A stretch of 64,000 bases of DNA from Alphaproteobacteria bacterium 43-37 (GCA_001897475.1 MKSY01000016.1:1177-65176), one strand, 5' to 3'; positions 19,572-30,765 are shown, counted from the stretch's first letter. Numbers and translations: made by a program. The notes: generated from the letters alone by a model not told the origin.

Positions 19572-20929
19572 TAAAGTATCGATGCCTTCAAGGCTGAAAT
19601 ATCTCCTTTAGAAGATGAATCACTGACAGACCGTCCAATGGAATAATAGGTAAACCCAGCTTCTTTGGCTTCATTTGGTTTATATATATTACGCAAGTCA
19701 ATCATAAGCGGCTGATTAAGAATACTTTTAACCTTTTCCAAATCAAGGGCTCTAAATTCGTTCCATTCTGTCAAAATGACTACCCCATCGGATTCTTCCA
19801 TGGTCTGATAGGCATTGGAACACCACATCACACCAGGAAGAAAAGCCTCAGCTGCTTCCATTCCGGCAGGGTCGTAGGCCTTTATGGTAGCCCCTCTTTC
19901 TTGAAGAATAGGAATGATCCTCAAGCTTGGGCTCTCCCTCATGTCATCTGTATTGGGTTTAAATGTAACGCCAAGCACGCTTATTGTTTTATCATTTACG
20001 CTTCCACCAAAGGCATCAATGATTTTTTGGACCATTTTTATGGGGCGTTGCAGATTGCTCTCATGAACGGACTCCACAATACTCATGGGGGTACCATGAT
20101 TTTGAGCAAGTTTTGCCAGCGCAATAGTATCTTTAGGAAAGCAAGAGCCACCATACCCTGGGCTAGCATGCAGGAACTTGCTTCCAATGCGGCGGTCAAG
20201 CCCCATTCCTTTGGCTACATCCTGGACATCGGCTCCACACTTTTCGCAAAGATCAGCGATTTGGTTGATGAATGAGATCTTGGTCGCCAAAAAGGCGTTG
20301 GACGCATATTTTATGAGTTCTGCGGTCTCCAGAGAAACAAAAACCATAGGTGTTTCATTGAGATATAAAGGGCGATATAGTTGCTTCATTAACTCTCTTG
20401 CTTTTTCAGACTCAACCCCAATCACAACTCTGTCAGGGCGCATAAAGTCTTCAATAGCAGATCCTTCTCTCAAAAACTCAGGGTTTGAGACAACATCAAC
20501 ATTAGCGTTTGGATTGATTTCAGTAATGATTTTTTTGACAGCTGTTCCTGTCCCCGCTGGAACGGTTGATTTGGTAGCTATAATTGTATAGCCGCTTAAT
20601 GATTCTGCTATCTCTTTGGTTACGCTAAATACATAGCTAAGGTCAGCTTGTGAATCTTCTGCTCGCATAGGTGTTCCAACAGCAATCATCACCACATCCG
20701 CAGTTGCAACAGCATGTTTAAGGTCTGTTGAGAAACTGAGCCGGCCCTGCGCTGCATTTCGGTGAACTAATTCGTCCAGCCCTGGTTCAAATATTGGGAT
20801 AATTCCTTTTTCAAGGTCATGGATTTTTTCTTTATCCTTATCAACGCATGTTACATCAACACCAAATTCAGCAAAGCAGGCTCCCGAAACGAGTCCTACA
20901 TAACCAGTACCAATAACCGTCAGTTTCAT
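19571..20929 (-). CDS. ugd: UDP-glucose 6-dehydrogenase (UDP-glucose/GDP-mannose dehydrogenase family)
   Basis: 452 aa. N-terminal Rossmann motif MKLTVIGTGYVGLVSGA and a catalytic Cys region GGSCFPKD. Confidence 0.85.
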   Translation of the reverse strand: MKLTVIGTGYVGLVSGACFAEFGVDVTCVDKDKEKIHDLEKGIIPIFEPGLDELVHRNAAQGRLSFSTDLKHAVATADVVMIAVGTPMRAEDSQADLSYVFSVTKEIAESLSGYTIIATKSTVPAGTGTAVKKIITEINPNANVDVVSNPEFLREGSAIEDFMRPDRVVIGVESEKARELMKQLYRPLYLNETPMVFVSLETAELIKYASNAFLATKISFINQIADLCEKCGADVQDVAKGMGLDRRIGSKFLHASPGYGGSCFPKDTIALAKLAQNHGTPMSIVESVHESNLQRPIKMVQKIIDAFGGSVNDKTISVLGVTFKPNTDDMRESPSLRIIPILQERGATIKAYDPAGMEAAEAFLPGVMWCSNAYQTMEESDGVVILTEWNEFRALDLEKVKSILNQPLMIDLRNIYKPNEAKEAGFTYYSIGRSVSDSSSKGDISALKASIL

Positions 20930-20939
20930 ATGTTCCCCT

Positions 20940-21815
20940 TTAAAGCCATGGATTTATTAGCAATTTAACTTTTGATGCTAGCTTTGGTTCTTTTAAGCTA
21001 AATGCTACTTGCGCCGCCACCATTCCTTCAACGCTGCCACAGTCAAACCGATGCCCTTCGATAACCATTCCCGTTAATCCATAGGCAGGAATCATGGCAT
21101 CTAGCGCGTCTGTCAATTGAATTTCACCACCAACTCCTGGCTGTTGATTTGATAGCGCAGTGAAAATTTCTGGGTGAAGAATATAGCGGCCTAAAACAGC
21201 AAGTGATGATGGCGTCGAATCAGGGTGTGGTTTTTCAACAATGCCTTTAGCTTTAATGAGTTTATGATGGTCTCCAGAACTGACTGGATTAATAATCCCG
21301 TAGCGGTTTGTTTCTTCTTTTGGAACGTTAAGCAATGCAGGCATATTACCCATGGATATATCATAAGCCTCTATCATTTGGGCAATAGCAGGCGTATCTG
21401 ACATGACCAAGTCATCTGGTAGAATAACAGCAAAAGGTTCACAACCAATCCATGCTCTTGCACATAAAACAGCATGCCCGAAACCTTTGGGGTTAAGCTG
21501 CCGAACAAACGCGTATTTGCCAGCTTCAGGAACGATAGCACGTATCTCTTCCAGAACATCTTTTTTGCCTGACTCCTGCAGTCTTATTTCAACATCAGGA
21601 GCATAATCAAAATAATCTTCTATCGATTCCTTTCCACGAGCGTGGACAAAAAGAATCTCCTCAATACCAGCGGATAAAGCTTCTTCAACCGCGTATTGAA
21701 TAAGAGGTTTTGATAAAACTGGGAGCATTTCTTTTGGGATAGTTTTGGTTACAGGCAAAAAACGCGTCCCCAGCCCTGCCACTGGTAAAACCGCTTTACG
21801 AACCTGCTTTGACAT
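20940..21815 (-). CDS. galU: UTP--glucose-1-phosphate uridylyltransferase
   Basis: 291 aa. The N-terminus VRKAVLPVAGLGTRFLPVTKTIPKEMLPV is typical of GalU. Confidence 0.9.
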   Translation of the reverse strand: MSKQVRKAVLPVAGLGTRFLPVTKTIPKEMLPVLSKPLIQYAVEEALSAGIEEILFVHARGKESIEDYFDYAPDVEIRLQESGKKDVLEEIRAIVPEAGKYAFVRQLNPKGFGHAVLCARAWIGCEPFAVILPDDLVMSDTPAIAQMIEAYDISMGNMPALLNVPKEETNRYGIINPVSSGDHHKLIKAKGIVEKPHPDSTPSSLAVLGRYILHPEIFTALSNQQPGVGGEIQLTDALDAMIPAYGLTGMVIEGHRFDCGSVEGMVAAQVAFSLKEPKLASKVKLLINPWL

Positions 21816-21844
21816 GTAACCGCTCCTTTTATATCTTAAAATAT

Positions 21845-22675
21845 CTACGCAATCTTTTGAATAGTATCTTGGAAAACCCGGATAGAATCAATCAGCTGCT
21901 TGACTTCTTGTCTTGCCGCAATATGAGACAAAGTTGGCTTTATCTCAAGCTCGCGTAAATCCATGAGCGTAAGTCCTTGTAAGAAAAGTTCTCTAAAGAT
22001 GACCCTTTCACCAAGCCCATCAATGGTTCTAACGCCTATCCGCTTGCTAAGTAGGCCTACCCATTTTTCAACTTCAGCTTTGTTCTTCGCTTTGATGTTA
22101 CTGAGCCTATTGCGTAATACAATCCAGTCGATGGAACCGCCATCTCTCATAGCTTTATTTTTCTTTTGCTCCCAAACCATTTCGGCATATTTGCTCGGAC
22201 GAATATTATCACCTTCAACACGAGCCAACATGTCAAAGTCAACTAAGCTATCGTTCAGCGGTGTAATCAGTGTTGTGGCATAAGAATGTGCAACGCGTGA
22301 TAAATAGCTATCAGTGCCAGGCGTATCAATGACAATAACATCACAGCCCTTCAACTGATCAAGTGCCTCTAAAACCTTTGCCTCTTCTTCTTGCTGCGCT
22401 TCATTCAGATCTGTTTTGTCGCTTTTGAAAATAGCAATGTGCTTAGGTAAGGGAATAGATTTACCTGGAATTTTTTGGGCAAAATTTGCTCGATTCTCAA
22501 TGTAACGTGACAATGAACCTTGACGGGCGTCAACGTCAATGCTGCCAACAGTCATCCCTTCTCGCAACAAATATACAATAACATGCATGGAAATGGTTGA
22601 TTTTCCAGTCCCGCCCTTTTCATTGCCAATCACAATGATATAAGGTCTTTTCCCTTGTGTGTTAGCTTGATTCAT
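21845..22675 (-). CDS. mipZ: ParA-like division-site positioning ATPase MipZ
   Basis: 276 aa. Deviant Walker A IVIGNEKGGTGKST. Length and overall pattern match alphaproteobacterial MipZ. Confidence 0.75.
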   Translation of the reverse strand: MNQANTQGKRPYIIVIGNEKGGTGKSTISMHVIVYLLREGMTVGSIDVDARQGSLSRYIENRANFAQKIPGKSIPLPKHIAIFKSDKTDLNEAQQEEEAKVLEALDQLKGCDVIVIDTPGTDSYLSRVAHSYATTLITPLNDSLVDFDMLARVEGDNIRPSKYAEMVWEQKKNKAMRDGGSIDWIVLRNRLSNIKAKNKAEVEKWVGLLSKRIGVRTIDGLGERVIFRELFLQGLTLMDLRELEIKPTLSHIAARQEVKQLIDSIRVFQDTIQKIA

Positions 22676-22723
22676 GTATTCCTCCGCCCATGCCTACAGT
22701 CACTTGCTTACACAAATTTTACG

Positions 22724-22753
22724 AAAAAAGCCACCTAAAAGCGTGGCTTATTT
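22724..22753 (-). terminator. Rho-independent terminator downstream of cydAB
   Basis: On the minus strand: AAGCCACGC-loop-GTGGCTT followed by T6. Confidence 0.7.
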
Positions 22754-22885
22754 AGATTAAAAATGCATCAAGAGAGTATAGACTTAAAAAAATATTTAAG
22801 AATCTTGACTGAAGCATAAAATAACACAAGAGAACCAAGATAAATGACGGCGAACCACAGCTTCTTTTTCAAGTGTGGGCGCCTA

Positions 22886-23884
22886 TCAATGATACCCAAC
22901 ATGTTCTTTTACTTTCCCACGGAAGACATAAAATACATACGCTGTATACCCGAGAATGAATGGGATCAAAAGCCCAATACCAACCAGGATAAATATTTGT
23001 GTTTCATAAGGGGACGCCACATCCCAAAATGTGAAATGGCGAGGCACTACGTATGGCCACATACTCATGCCAAGCCCTAAGTAAGCCATCATGAACAGTC
23101 CGATGGAAAGAAAGAATGGCCTTTTTTCTAATTTCTTCCCAATTGAAACCCAAAGCATGTAGGTTAAGAAGAGTGTCAGCAGTGGTATCGGTGCTAGGAT
23201 AAAAAGGCCAGGCATATCAAACCACCGCGCTGCTATATGAGAATCCATAATGGGGGTCCATAGGCTAACAACGCCAATGCCAACACATAATGCCATCATC
23301 AACGGGCGGCCGATAGAATAGGCTTTTTCTTGGACGGTACCTGAAGTTTTCATCATAAGCCATGTTGCTCCAAGGAGTGCATAGCCAAGGACAAGAGCTA
23401 GTCCAGTAAAGAAACTAAAAGGTGTCAACCAATCCATTGCTCCGCCAACAAACTCACCGTTAGAAACATTAAACCCTTTGATAAAGGCGCCAAGCATACT
23501 CCCTTGTGCAAAACCAGCAATGAGAGAACCTAGGCAAAAAGCCCAATTCCATATAACTTTTGTTTTTCCAGCTTTAAAACGAAATTCAAATGCAACACCT
23601 CTGAAAATCAGTGCAAACAACATAAGCATAATAGGAACGTAAAGTGCCGGGAACAAAATAGCCGCAGCCTTCGGGAAAACACCATAAAACGCACCACCGC
23701 CGAGGATTAGCCATGTTTCGTTACCATCCCAGAATGGAGCGATTGAGTTCATCATCACATCTCGTTCTCGCTCATCTTTATCCCATAGGGAAAGGATACC
23801 TACTCCCAGATCAAATCCGTCGAGGATGATGTAAACACTAATGCCAAAGGCAATGATAATTCCAAATAAGAGCGGCAAATCCAT
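22886..23884 (-). CDS. cydB: Cytochrome bd ubiquinol oxidase subunit II
   Basis: 332 aa polytopic membrane protein immediately downstream of cydA. Typical CydB length and N-terminus. Confidence 0.95.
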   Translation of the reverse strand: MDLPLLFGIIIAFGISVYIILDGFDLGVGILSLWDKDERERDVMMNSIAPFWDGNETWLILGGGAFYGVFPKAAAILFPALYVPIMLMLFALIFRGVAFEFRFKAGKTKVIWNWAFCLGSLIAGFAQGSMLGAFIKGFNVSNGEFVGGAMDWLTPFSFFTGLALVLGYALLGATWLMMKTSGTVQEKAYSIGRPLMMALCVGIGVVSLWTPIMDSHIAARWFDMPGLFILAPIPLLTLFLTYMLWVSIGKKLEKRPFFLSIGLFMMAYLGLGMSMWPYVVPRHFTFWDVASPYETQIFILVGIGLLIPFILGYTAYVFYVFRGKVKEHVGYH

Positions 23885-23886
23885 AT

Positions 23887-25254
23887 TTAGGCTCCTTGAG
23901 GTGTACGAATGGACATTGGGTCGTCCACTGGCATGTCTGATTTTGAATGGTCTTCGGGACCCTTTTTGATGGTTTTTACGCAGTATATAACAAATGAAAA
24001 CAACAAAACTGCATAAACCAAAACAAATAATATAAGCGATGTCATCACGGCCTGCGGAGGAAGCTTTGACACGGCATCACGGGTCAAAACATGTCCGTAC
24101 ACTAGCCAGGGTTGCCTGCCAAATTCTGTCACATACCAACCCGACAACGTCGCGATAAAACCTACTGGCAAAGAATACAAGCACAACTTCAGGAATGAAC
24201 GATGCTTCTCAATTAGTTTTCGTCGCCATAGGAGGTACCCACCATAAAAAGCTATAGCCAACATCAACAGCCCTGCTCCAATCATTATGCGGAAGCTAAA
24301 GAAAACGAGAGCAACATTTGGACGTTTGTCAGCAGGAACCTCTTTAAGCCCCTTAACAACGCCATCCATTTCATGCGTTAAAATAAGGCTACCCATTTTT
24401 GGTAAATTTATCTCAAAATTGTTTTTCTCAGCTTTTGCATCAGGAATGGCAAATATTGTAAACGGCGCACCAGCCATAGTATCCCAACGGCCTTCCATAG
24501 CAGCTACCTTTAACGGTTGCTGCTCAAATGCAGCAAGTCCATGCAGGTCCCCAATAAAAATTTGCAGTGGCGCCAGAATTGCAAGGGCAATGATGGCATT
24601 CTTAAAACCTGTTTTTGCAAACTCAAGATGCTTCTTTTGAAGATAAAAATAAGCACAGACTCCCAAAATGACGAATCCTGCTGTCAAATAAGAACCAAGA
24701 ACCACATGCACAAACCGATAGAAGAATGTCGGGTTAAAAATAATATCTATCCAATTCCCAACAAAAAACACACCGTCTTTTAATAAATAGCCAGACGGTG
24801 ATTGCATCCAGGATATGACGGCAATAATCCAAAAGGCACTCATGGCCGTGCCAGCAGCAACAAGGGCCGTTGAGGTAAAATGAAGCTTCTTACCCACACG
24901 ATTAAGTCCAAATAACATAATACCAAGAAAGCCTGCTTCTAAGAAAAAGGCAGATAAAACTTCATAAGCTAATAATGGGCCCAAAACATTGCCTGTTTTA
25001 GTCGCAAATCCATTGAAGTTTGCACCAATTTCAAAAGATAATACCAGTCCCGTAACCACCCCCGTTCCAAACCCAAGAGCAAAAATCTTGGACCAGAATT
25101 TGTAAAGTGAGAGATAAACGTCATCCTTAGTCTTCAGCCACATGGCTTCAAAAAAAGCCAGGAAGCCAGCAAGACCAATGGTCAACGCGGGAAAAAGTAT
25201 ATGAAACGAGACAGTAAAAGCAAACTGTACGCGCGACAAAATTTCTGTGGTCAT
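23887..25254 (-). CDS. cydA: Cytochrome bd ubiquinol oxidase subunit I
   Basis: Q-loop and heme-ligand regions are present. The ORF-track start is 25308. The preferred start is the ATG at 25254 (MTTEILSRVQFAFT), with GGAG 8 nt upstream. Confidence 0.95.
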   Translation of the reverse strand: MTTEILSRVQFAFTVSFHILFPALTIGLAGFLAFFEAMWLKTKDDVYLSLYKFWSKIFALGFGTGVVTGLVLSFEIGANFNGFATKTGNVLGPLLAYEVLSAFFLEAGFLGIMLFGLNRVGKKLHFTSTALVAAGTAMSAFWIIAVISWMQSPSGYLLKDGVFFVGNWIDIIFNPTFFYRFVHVVLGSYLTAGFVILGVCAYFYLQKKHLEFAKTGFKNAIIALAILAPLQIFIGDLHGLAAFEQQPLKVAAMEGRWDTMAGAPFTIFAIPDAKAEKNNFEINLPKMGSLILTHEMDGVVKGLKEVPADKRPNVALVFFSFRIMIGAGLLMLAIAFYGGYLLWRRKLIEKHRSFLKLCLYSLPVGFIATLSGWYVTEFGRQPWLVYGHVLTRDAVSKLPPQAVMTSLILFVLVYAVLLFSFVIYCVKTIKKGPEDHSKSDMPVDDPMSIRTPQGA

Positions 25255-25418
25255 ACCATCTTCTCCTTGATTGCATAAGGTTATATGACATAGGCGGTTT
25301 ATGTGCAAATGGTTAAATTGCCGCAGGCATTATTTTATCCACTTAATGAAACTAAACATTGGAATGTCAGGGCTAGCCAGCTTAAGAAATCTGGATTAAT
25401 GTAATCCTATCAAGGGAG

Positions 25419-27023
25419 ATGACGGTGGCTATCTTAAAAAGTGCCTATCAAACAATTGAGACCATGAAATCCTCAGCCTTAAAGGCTGCATCCGAGGATC
25501 TGCGAGCTAAAGTGCAAGCTATAGCTGGTGGTGGCGGCCAAGATGCGACGCAAAAGCATCAAGCCCGTGGCAAGCTTTTGGTCAAAGACCGTATCCACAG
25601 TTTAATCGACCCAGGCACACCTTTTCTGGAAATTGGCCAATTTGCCGCTTACGAATGTTATGAAGATTCAGTTGCTAGTGCTGGCATTGTTGCTGGTATC
25701 GGCCAAGTTCAAGGGCGCCTTTGCATGATTGCAGGAAATGATGCAACAGTCAAAGGTGGATCCTATTTTCCATTGACCGTTAAAAAACATCTAAGAGCTC
25801 AAGCAATTGCGGATGAAAACAACCTTCCTTGCATTTACATGGTAGATTCTGGTGGCGCGAACTTACCACACCAATCAGATGTTTTTCCTGACAAAGAGCA
25901 CTTTGGGCGAATTTTCTATAATCAAGCTCGAATGTCTGCCAAAGGCATCCCTCAACTGGCTATCGTAATGGGGTCATGCACTGCTGGTGGAGCTTATGTT
26001 CCGGCTATGTGCGATGAAGCTATTATTGTTCAAAATCAAGGGACAATTTTTTTGGCCGGCCCACCTCTTGTCAAAGCCGCCACTGGTGAAGTTGTCGATG
26101 CGGAAGCTTTAGGTGGAGCTGATCTCCACACACGCCTATCTGGCGTGGCAGATCATATGGCCGCGGATGATGAGCATGCCATTGAGATTGCTCGCAATAT
26201 TGCACGCACATTCCCGGAAACCACATGCGCGTTGCCACCTGTTGCGGATTTTGCTGAGCCGCTGTATCCTATTGAAGAGCTTTATCACGTAATCCCTAAC
26301 GATTTGAAAACACCTTATGATGTTCGAGAGGTTATTGCTCGAATTGTAGATGGAAGCGAGTTTCAAGAGTTTAAGGAAAGATATGGCACAACTCTGGTTT
26401 GTGGGTTTGCGACAATTTATGGTTATAAAGTTGGCATTATTGCCAATAATGGCATCTTGTTTTCTGAAGCAGCTCTTAAAGGGGCGCACTTCATAGAGCT
26501 CTGTTGCCAAAGGAAAATCCCTCTTATTTTTCTGCAAAATATTACCGGATTTATGGTTGGCCAAAAATATGAAGCAAGCGGCATTGCCAAAGATGGAGCA
26601 AAACTTGTTGCTGCGGTTGCCTGCGCAAATGTTCCTAAGATTACATTAATCATCGGAGGAAGTTTTGGGGCTGGAAACTATGCCATGTGTGGACGCGCCT
26701 ATGGCGCTCGGTTTTTATGGATGTGGCCAAATGCAAGAATTTCCGTGATGGGCGGCGAACAGGCGTCTGTTGTTTTATCTCAAATCAAGCAGGCTAGCAT
26801 GGAAGCAAAAGGCAAAAAAATTTCACCTGAAGACGCTCAATCATTCCAAAATGAAGTTCGCAGCAAATATGAACGTGAAGGGCATCCCTACTACTCAAGT
26901 GCGCGCCTTTGGGACGATGGTATCATTGACCCCCTTGATACACGACTGGTCCTAGCTTTAAGCTTACAAGCATCATTATGCACCCCTATGGTTGACACTA
27001 AATTTAATGTATTGAGGATGTAA
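25419..27023 (+). CDS. Methylcrotonyl-CoA carboxylase carboxyltransferase (beta) subunit
   Basis: 534 aa acyl-CoA carboxyltransferase with two crotonase-fold halves. It sits in an operon with a hydratase, a biotin carboxylase subunit and HMG-CoA lyase (liu-type cluster). Confidence 0.85.
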   Translation: MTVAILKSAYQTIETMKSSALKAASEDLRAKVQAIAGGGGQDATQKHQARGKLLVKDRIHSLIDPGTPFLEIGQFAAYECYEDSVASAGIVAGIGQVQGRLCMIAGNDATVKGGSYFPLTVKKHLRAQAIADENNLPCIYMVDSGGANLPHQSDVFPDKEHFGRIFYNQARMSAKGIPQLAIVMGSCTAGGAYVPAMCDEAIIVQNQGTIFLAGPPLVKAATGEVVDAEALGGADLHTRLSGVADHMAADDEHAIEIARNIARTFPETTCALPPVADFAEPLYPIEELYHVIPNDLKTPYDVREVIARIVDGSEFQEFKERYGTTLVCGFATIYGYKVGIIANNGILFSEAALKGAHFIELCCQRKIPLIFLQNITGFMVGQKYEASGIAKDGAKLVAAVACANVPKITLIIGGSFGAGNYAMCGRAYGARFLWMWPNARISVMGGEQASVVLSQIKQASMEAKGKKISPEDAQSFQNEVRSKYEREGHPYYSSARLWDDGIIDPLDTRLVLALSLQASLCTPMVDTKFNVLRM

Positions 27024-27026
27024 CAT

Positions 27027-27821
27027 ATGACTGTTATCGCCGAATTTACTCTTACACCAGCTCAAGTCGCTGTAATCACTCTCAATAGGGTTGGGTCACA
27101 GAATGCCTTAAATGAAGCAATGATCGATCAACTTCAGGCTCACTTTGATTCTATAAAAAATGACACTACAATCCGTGCTGTCATTTTAAATGCCAAGGGC
27201 AAATCATTTTGTGCCGGTGCTGATATTGGCGAAATGCGACTTTCTGGCCAGGCATCTTATGAGCAAAATAAAATGGATGCCATGAAGCTGGCAGCTCTCA
27301 TGAACACAATATACAGTTTGCCTATCCCAACCATAGCGTCTGTGCACGGCCCAGTGTTTGGTGGAGGGTTAGGTCTTGTTGCCGCCGCCGATATAGCAAT
27401 TGCTGCAGATAATTCGGTGTTTTGCCTGTCTGAAGTGCGATTAGGTTTGATCCCCGCCATTATTTCACCTTATGTCCTTGCTGCCATTGGCCCAAGACAC
27501 GCACGGCGATATTTTCTTACAGCTGAAAGATTTGGCGTAATGGAAGCTCAACGCATTGGCCTTGTTCATGAAACAGTATCTTTAGGTGAATTAGAAGGCT
27601 TCACTCAGCACCTTGCTCGCTCTATCCTCGACGGAGCCCCTCAGGCTCAAAAACTTGCTAAATCTTTGATCGAAAATGTTGCGTTGAAACCTGTGAATGC
27701 CCAGCTTATAGAATGGACAGCCGATGAGATTGCCAGAATTCGGACATCACCCGAAGCTCAAACAGGCTTATCAGCTTTTATAGATAAAAAACTCCCCCCA
27801 TGGCGCGAGAATTCGTTTTGA
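27027..27821 (+). CDS. Enoyl-CoA hydratase family protein (methylglutaconyl-CoA hydratase-like)
   Basis: 264 aa crotonase fold with CAGADIGEM and GGGLGLVAAADIAIA. Assigned from its position in the liu cluster. Confidence 0.8.
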   Translation: MTVIAEFTLTPAQVAVITLNRVGSQNALNEAMIDQLQAHFDSIKNDTTIRAVILNAKGKSFCAGADIGEMRLSGQASYEQNKMDAMKLAALMNTIYSLPIPTIASVHGPVFGGGLGLVAAADIAIAADNSVFCLSEVRLGLIPAIISPYVLAAIGPRHARRYFLTAERFGVMEAQRIGLVHETVSLGELEGFTQHLARSILDGAPQAQKLAKSLIENVALKPVNAQLIEWTADEIARIRTSPEAQTGLSAFIDKKLPPWRENSF

Positions 27822-27832
27822 GGAGCATTTAA

Positions 27833-29809
27833 GTGAAACGACTGCTGATAGCAAATCGCGGAGAAATAGCCTGTCGCATTATCCGTACGGCTCATGCACT
27901 GGGGATCGAAACGGTTGCCATTTATTCGGCCCAAGATGCCAATTCACCTCATGTTTCACAAGCAACTTTTGCATTTGAAATAGCAGGCCAAACGGCACAA
28001 GAAACCTACCTTCATATTCAGAAGGTTATCTCTGTTGCAAAAGCCTCTGATTCCGATGCGATCCACCCAGGCTATGGTTTTTTGTCGGAAAATCCTGACT
28101 TCGCACAAGCATGTATACGCTCTGGCATACAATTTGTAGGACCATCCGCAGATGTGATTCGCCTAATGGGATCTAAAATTCTTGCTAAAGAAGCAGCTCA
28201 AAATGAAGGATTGCCGCTTATCCCTGGGTATACGGGTAGTCGCCAAGAAAGCGATTGGCTGAAAAAACAAGCCGGTGAAGTTGGGTTTCCTCTCATGATC
28301 AAAGCCACAATGGGTGGTGGCGGAAAAGGCATGAGAATTGTTACGAATGCTGAAGAATTTTTGAGTGCGTTGGAATCATGCCAGCGCGAAGCTTTATCTG
28401 CCTTTGGCAATGCTGAAATCATGCTGGAAAAGTACATCCCAGTGGCTCGGCATATTGAAGTTCAAGTTTTTGGCGACATGCATGGCAACACCATTCATAT
28501 CTTTGATAGAGATTGCAGTATCCAAAGGCGTCATCAAAAAGTAATTGAAGAAGCGCCTGTTGTTAATATTCCTGAAACAGTTCGGCAAAATATTCTTTCA
28601 AAGGCTGTAAACCTTGCTAAAAGTGTTGGGTATGTTGGTGCGGGCACAGTGGAGTTTTTGCTTGATGATCAAGATAACTTCTATTTCATGGAAATGAATA
28701 CCCGGCTACAAGTAGAGCATCCTGTGACTGAAATGGTCACTGGCCTTGATTTGGTTCAATTGCAGCTTAAGGTTGCCATGGGTGAGCCGCTTGGCCTTAC
28801 GCAATCAGATATTAAAGTTAATGGCCATGCTATTGAAGCACGGCTTTATGCCGAAGATCCGTTCAATGAATTCTTGCCTTCAACAGGCAACATATTTGAG
28901 TTTAAACTTCCTCAAATATCTTCACTTAGGATTGATTCTGGCGTACTCGCTGGCAGCAATGTTTTAGTCCATTATGATCCAATGTTGGCTAAATTCATCG
29001 CCTACGGTGATACGCGCGCGGCAGCTATCCTGACTGTTAAAAAATCACTAAGAGAGTCCAAGATATGGGGAGTTAAAACTAACCAACCCTTTTTAGTCGA
29101 ACTTTTGAAGCATCCAGAAGTTAAAGCTGGGTTATTCCATACGCACTTTTTAAACCAGAACATGGAACTCATACTCCAGGGGTTAAGCCACTCCCCTTTA
29201 CATATTGCATTGGCTCTAGTGCTGGCCCATTTGCCTGATACAGGGCAAATGGCGTGTTCTTCCCCATTTTCTACACCATCCTTTTTTAGCCTAAACTTTG
29301 TTCGGAAAATGCCGTCAAACATAAAACTTATGGGGAATCATTATTCTGGCATTGTGACATGGGAAAAAGGAGAAATCCATATTGAGCAAGCTGGCTTTCC
29401 GACCATAACTCTCAAGCATGCATGCCTTAAGGGCAATTCGTTTCATGCCGTTTATAACCAAGAGCCCATACATATTTCTTATTGCAAGAGCAAAAAAACC
29501 ATTTGGGTAAATCTGCTCGGGCTGAACCTCGATATTCATATCCTCCCTACTCTTGAGAAAAAAGATTATGCATCGTTGCACGCAGACTTATCGTGTGCGG
29601 CTCCTTTGCCAGGGAAAATCATAAAATTGTGGGCGGCTGAAGGCCAATCACTTAATGCCGGTGACCCCGTGGTTACGGTTGAAGCCATGAAAATGGAGCA
29701 TACATTAAAAGCCAGGAAGCCCTGCATTATTAAACAAATTTTTGTTCAAGAAGGGCAGTTAGTTAAAGAAGGAGAAATCCTTGTTGATATGGAAGGTATA
29801 GATGCATGA
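27833..29809 (+). CDS. Methylcrotonyl-CoA carboxylase biotin-carboxylase/BCCP (alpha) subunit
   Basis: 658 aa with a GTG start. ATP-grasp biotin carboxylase domain (GGGGKGMRIV) and a C-terminal biotinyl domain (EAMKMEH). Confidence 0.85.
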   Translation: MKRLLIANRGEIACRIIRTAHALGIETVAIYSAQDANSPHVSQATFAFEIAGQTAQETYLHIQKVISVAKASDSDAIHPGYGFLSENPDFAQACIRSGIQFVGPSADVIRLMGSKILAKEAAQNEGLPLIPGYTGSRQESDWLKKQAGEVGFPLMIKATMGGGGKGMRIVTNAEEFLSALESCQREALSAFGNAEIMLEKYIPVARHIEVQVFGDMHGNTIHIFDRDCSIQRRHQKVIEEAPVVNIPETVRQNILSKAVNLAKSVGYVGAGTVEFLLDDQDNFYFMEMNTRLQVEHPVTEMVTGLDLVQLQLKVAMGEPLGLTQSDIKVNGHAIEARLYAEDPFNEFLPSTGNIFEFKLPQISSLRIDSGVLAGSNVLVHYDPMLAKFIAYGDTRAAAILTVKKSLRESKIWGVKTNQPFLVELLKHPEVKAGLFHTHFLNQNMELILQGLSHSPLHIALALVLAHLPDTGQMACSSPFSTPSFFSLNFVRKMPSNIKLMGNHYSGIVTWEKGEIHIEQAGFPTITLKHACLKGNSFHAVYNQEPIHISYCKSKKTIWVNLLGLNLDIHILPTLEKKDYASLHADLSCAAPLPGKIIKLWAAEGQSLNAGDPVVTVEAMKMEHTLKARKPCIIKQIFVQEGQLVKEGEILVDMEGIDA

Positions 29810-30720
29810 CGAGCGATGTCCAAATTGTTGAAGTTGGTCCTCGCGATGGCCTTCAAGCTGAATCGACCATTGTCCCTGCAGACCTAAAAGCCTTACTCAT
29901 TGAGAAGTTGCATCAGGCCAAGTTAAGTCGCATTGAGTTGGGAAGCTTTGTATCGCCTCGTTCTGTCCCCCAAATGGCCTCGACATCTGATGTTATCAAT
30001 CATCTTAAAGGTTTAACGGCAGGCAGAAAAATCATGTCAAAAGGCTCTGTCCTTGTTGCCAATCAAAAAGGTCTGGATGCCGCGCTCGAATCTGGCGCAA
30101 CGCACATAGCCGTGTTCACAGCAGCTTCCGATGCATTCACCCTTAAAAACATTAATGGTACCATCCAAGAAAGTTTGGATCGATTTGCTCCTCTTATGGC
30201 TCAGGCCAAAACAACAGGCATCAGTGTACGCGGGTATATTTCATGCGTCATAGGCTGCCCTTATCAAGGGCCGACATCGCCTTCGCAAGTTGTACCTGTT
30301 GCAGAAGCTCTCTTGGATTTGGGATGCGATGAAATTTCACTGGGTGATACCATCGGCGTGGGCACACCAGCACAAGTGAAACAGTTGCTTTCAGCCCTTC
30401 AATCCACCCTTCCCTTGCATCAAACCGCTGTTCATTTCCATGATACCTATGGGCAGGCTTTGGTGAATATTTTAACAGCTATTGAGCTGGGCGTCAAAAT
30501 CATTGATAGCTCCATAGCAGGTCTTGGCGGGTGCCCTTACGCTCCTGGCTCTTCTGGCAATGTGGCAACCGAAGATGTGGTATATATGCTCAACGGTATG
30601 GGGATTGAAACAGGCATTGATGTGGAAAAATTGCTTATGGCTTCACGCTTTGTTCGTGATGAGCTAGGTTTGCCTATTCGATCAAAAGCTGCGTTGGCTT
30701 TAACCGCGTTAGGTCATTAA
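29806..30720 (+). CDS. Hydroxymethylglutaryl-CoA lyase
   Basis: 304 aa. HMGL-like TIM barrel with EVGPRDGLQ and the catalytic GGCPYAPG motif. Confidence 0.9.
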   Translation: MTSDVQIVEVGPRDGLQAESTIVPADLKALLIEKLHQAKLSRIELGSFVSPRSVPQMASTSDVINHLKGLTAGRKIMSKGSVLVANQKGLDAALESGATHIAVFTAASDAFTLKNINGTIQESLDRFAPLMAQAKTTGISVRGYISCVIGCPYQGPTSPSQVVPVAEALLDLGCDEISLGDTIGVGTPAQVKQLLSALQSTLPLHQTAVHFHDTYGQALVNILTAIELGVKIIDSSIAGLGGCPYAPGSSGNVATEDVVYMLNGMGIETGIDVEKLLMASRFVRDELGLPIRSKAALALTALGH

Positions 30721-30765
30721 GAACATTAGCTCCTCGACATCATTCAAGAAACACTGTTTTGCTAA

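Noticed and set aside
22754-22885. Possible cydX small subunit downstream of cydB
   Set aside because: The only minus-strand ATG-initiated frame here gives a 21-aa peptide (MLQSRFLNIFLSLYSLDAFLI) with no resemblance to the CydX consensus (MWYFxWxLG...).
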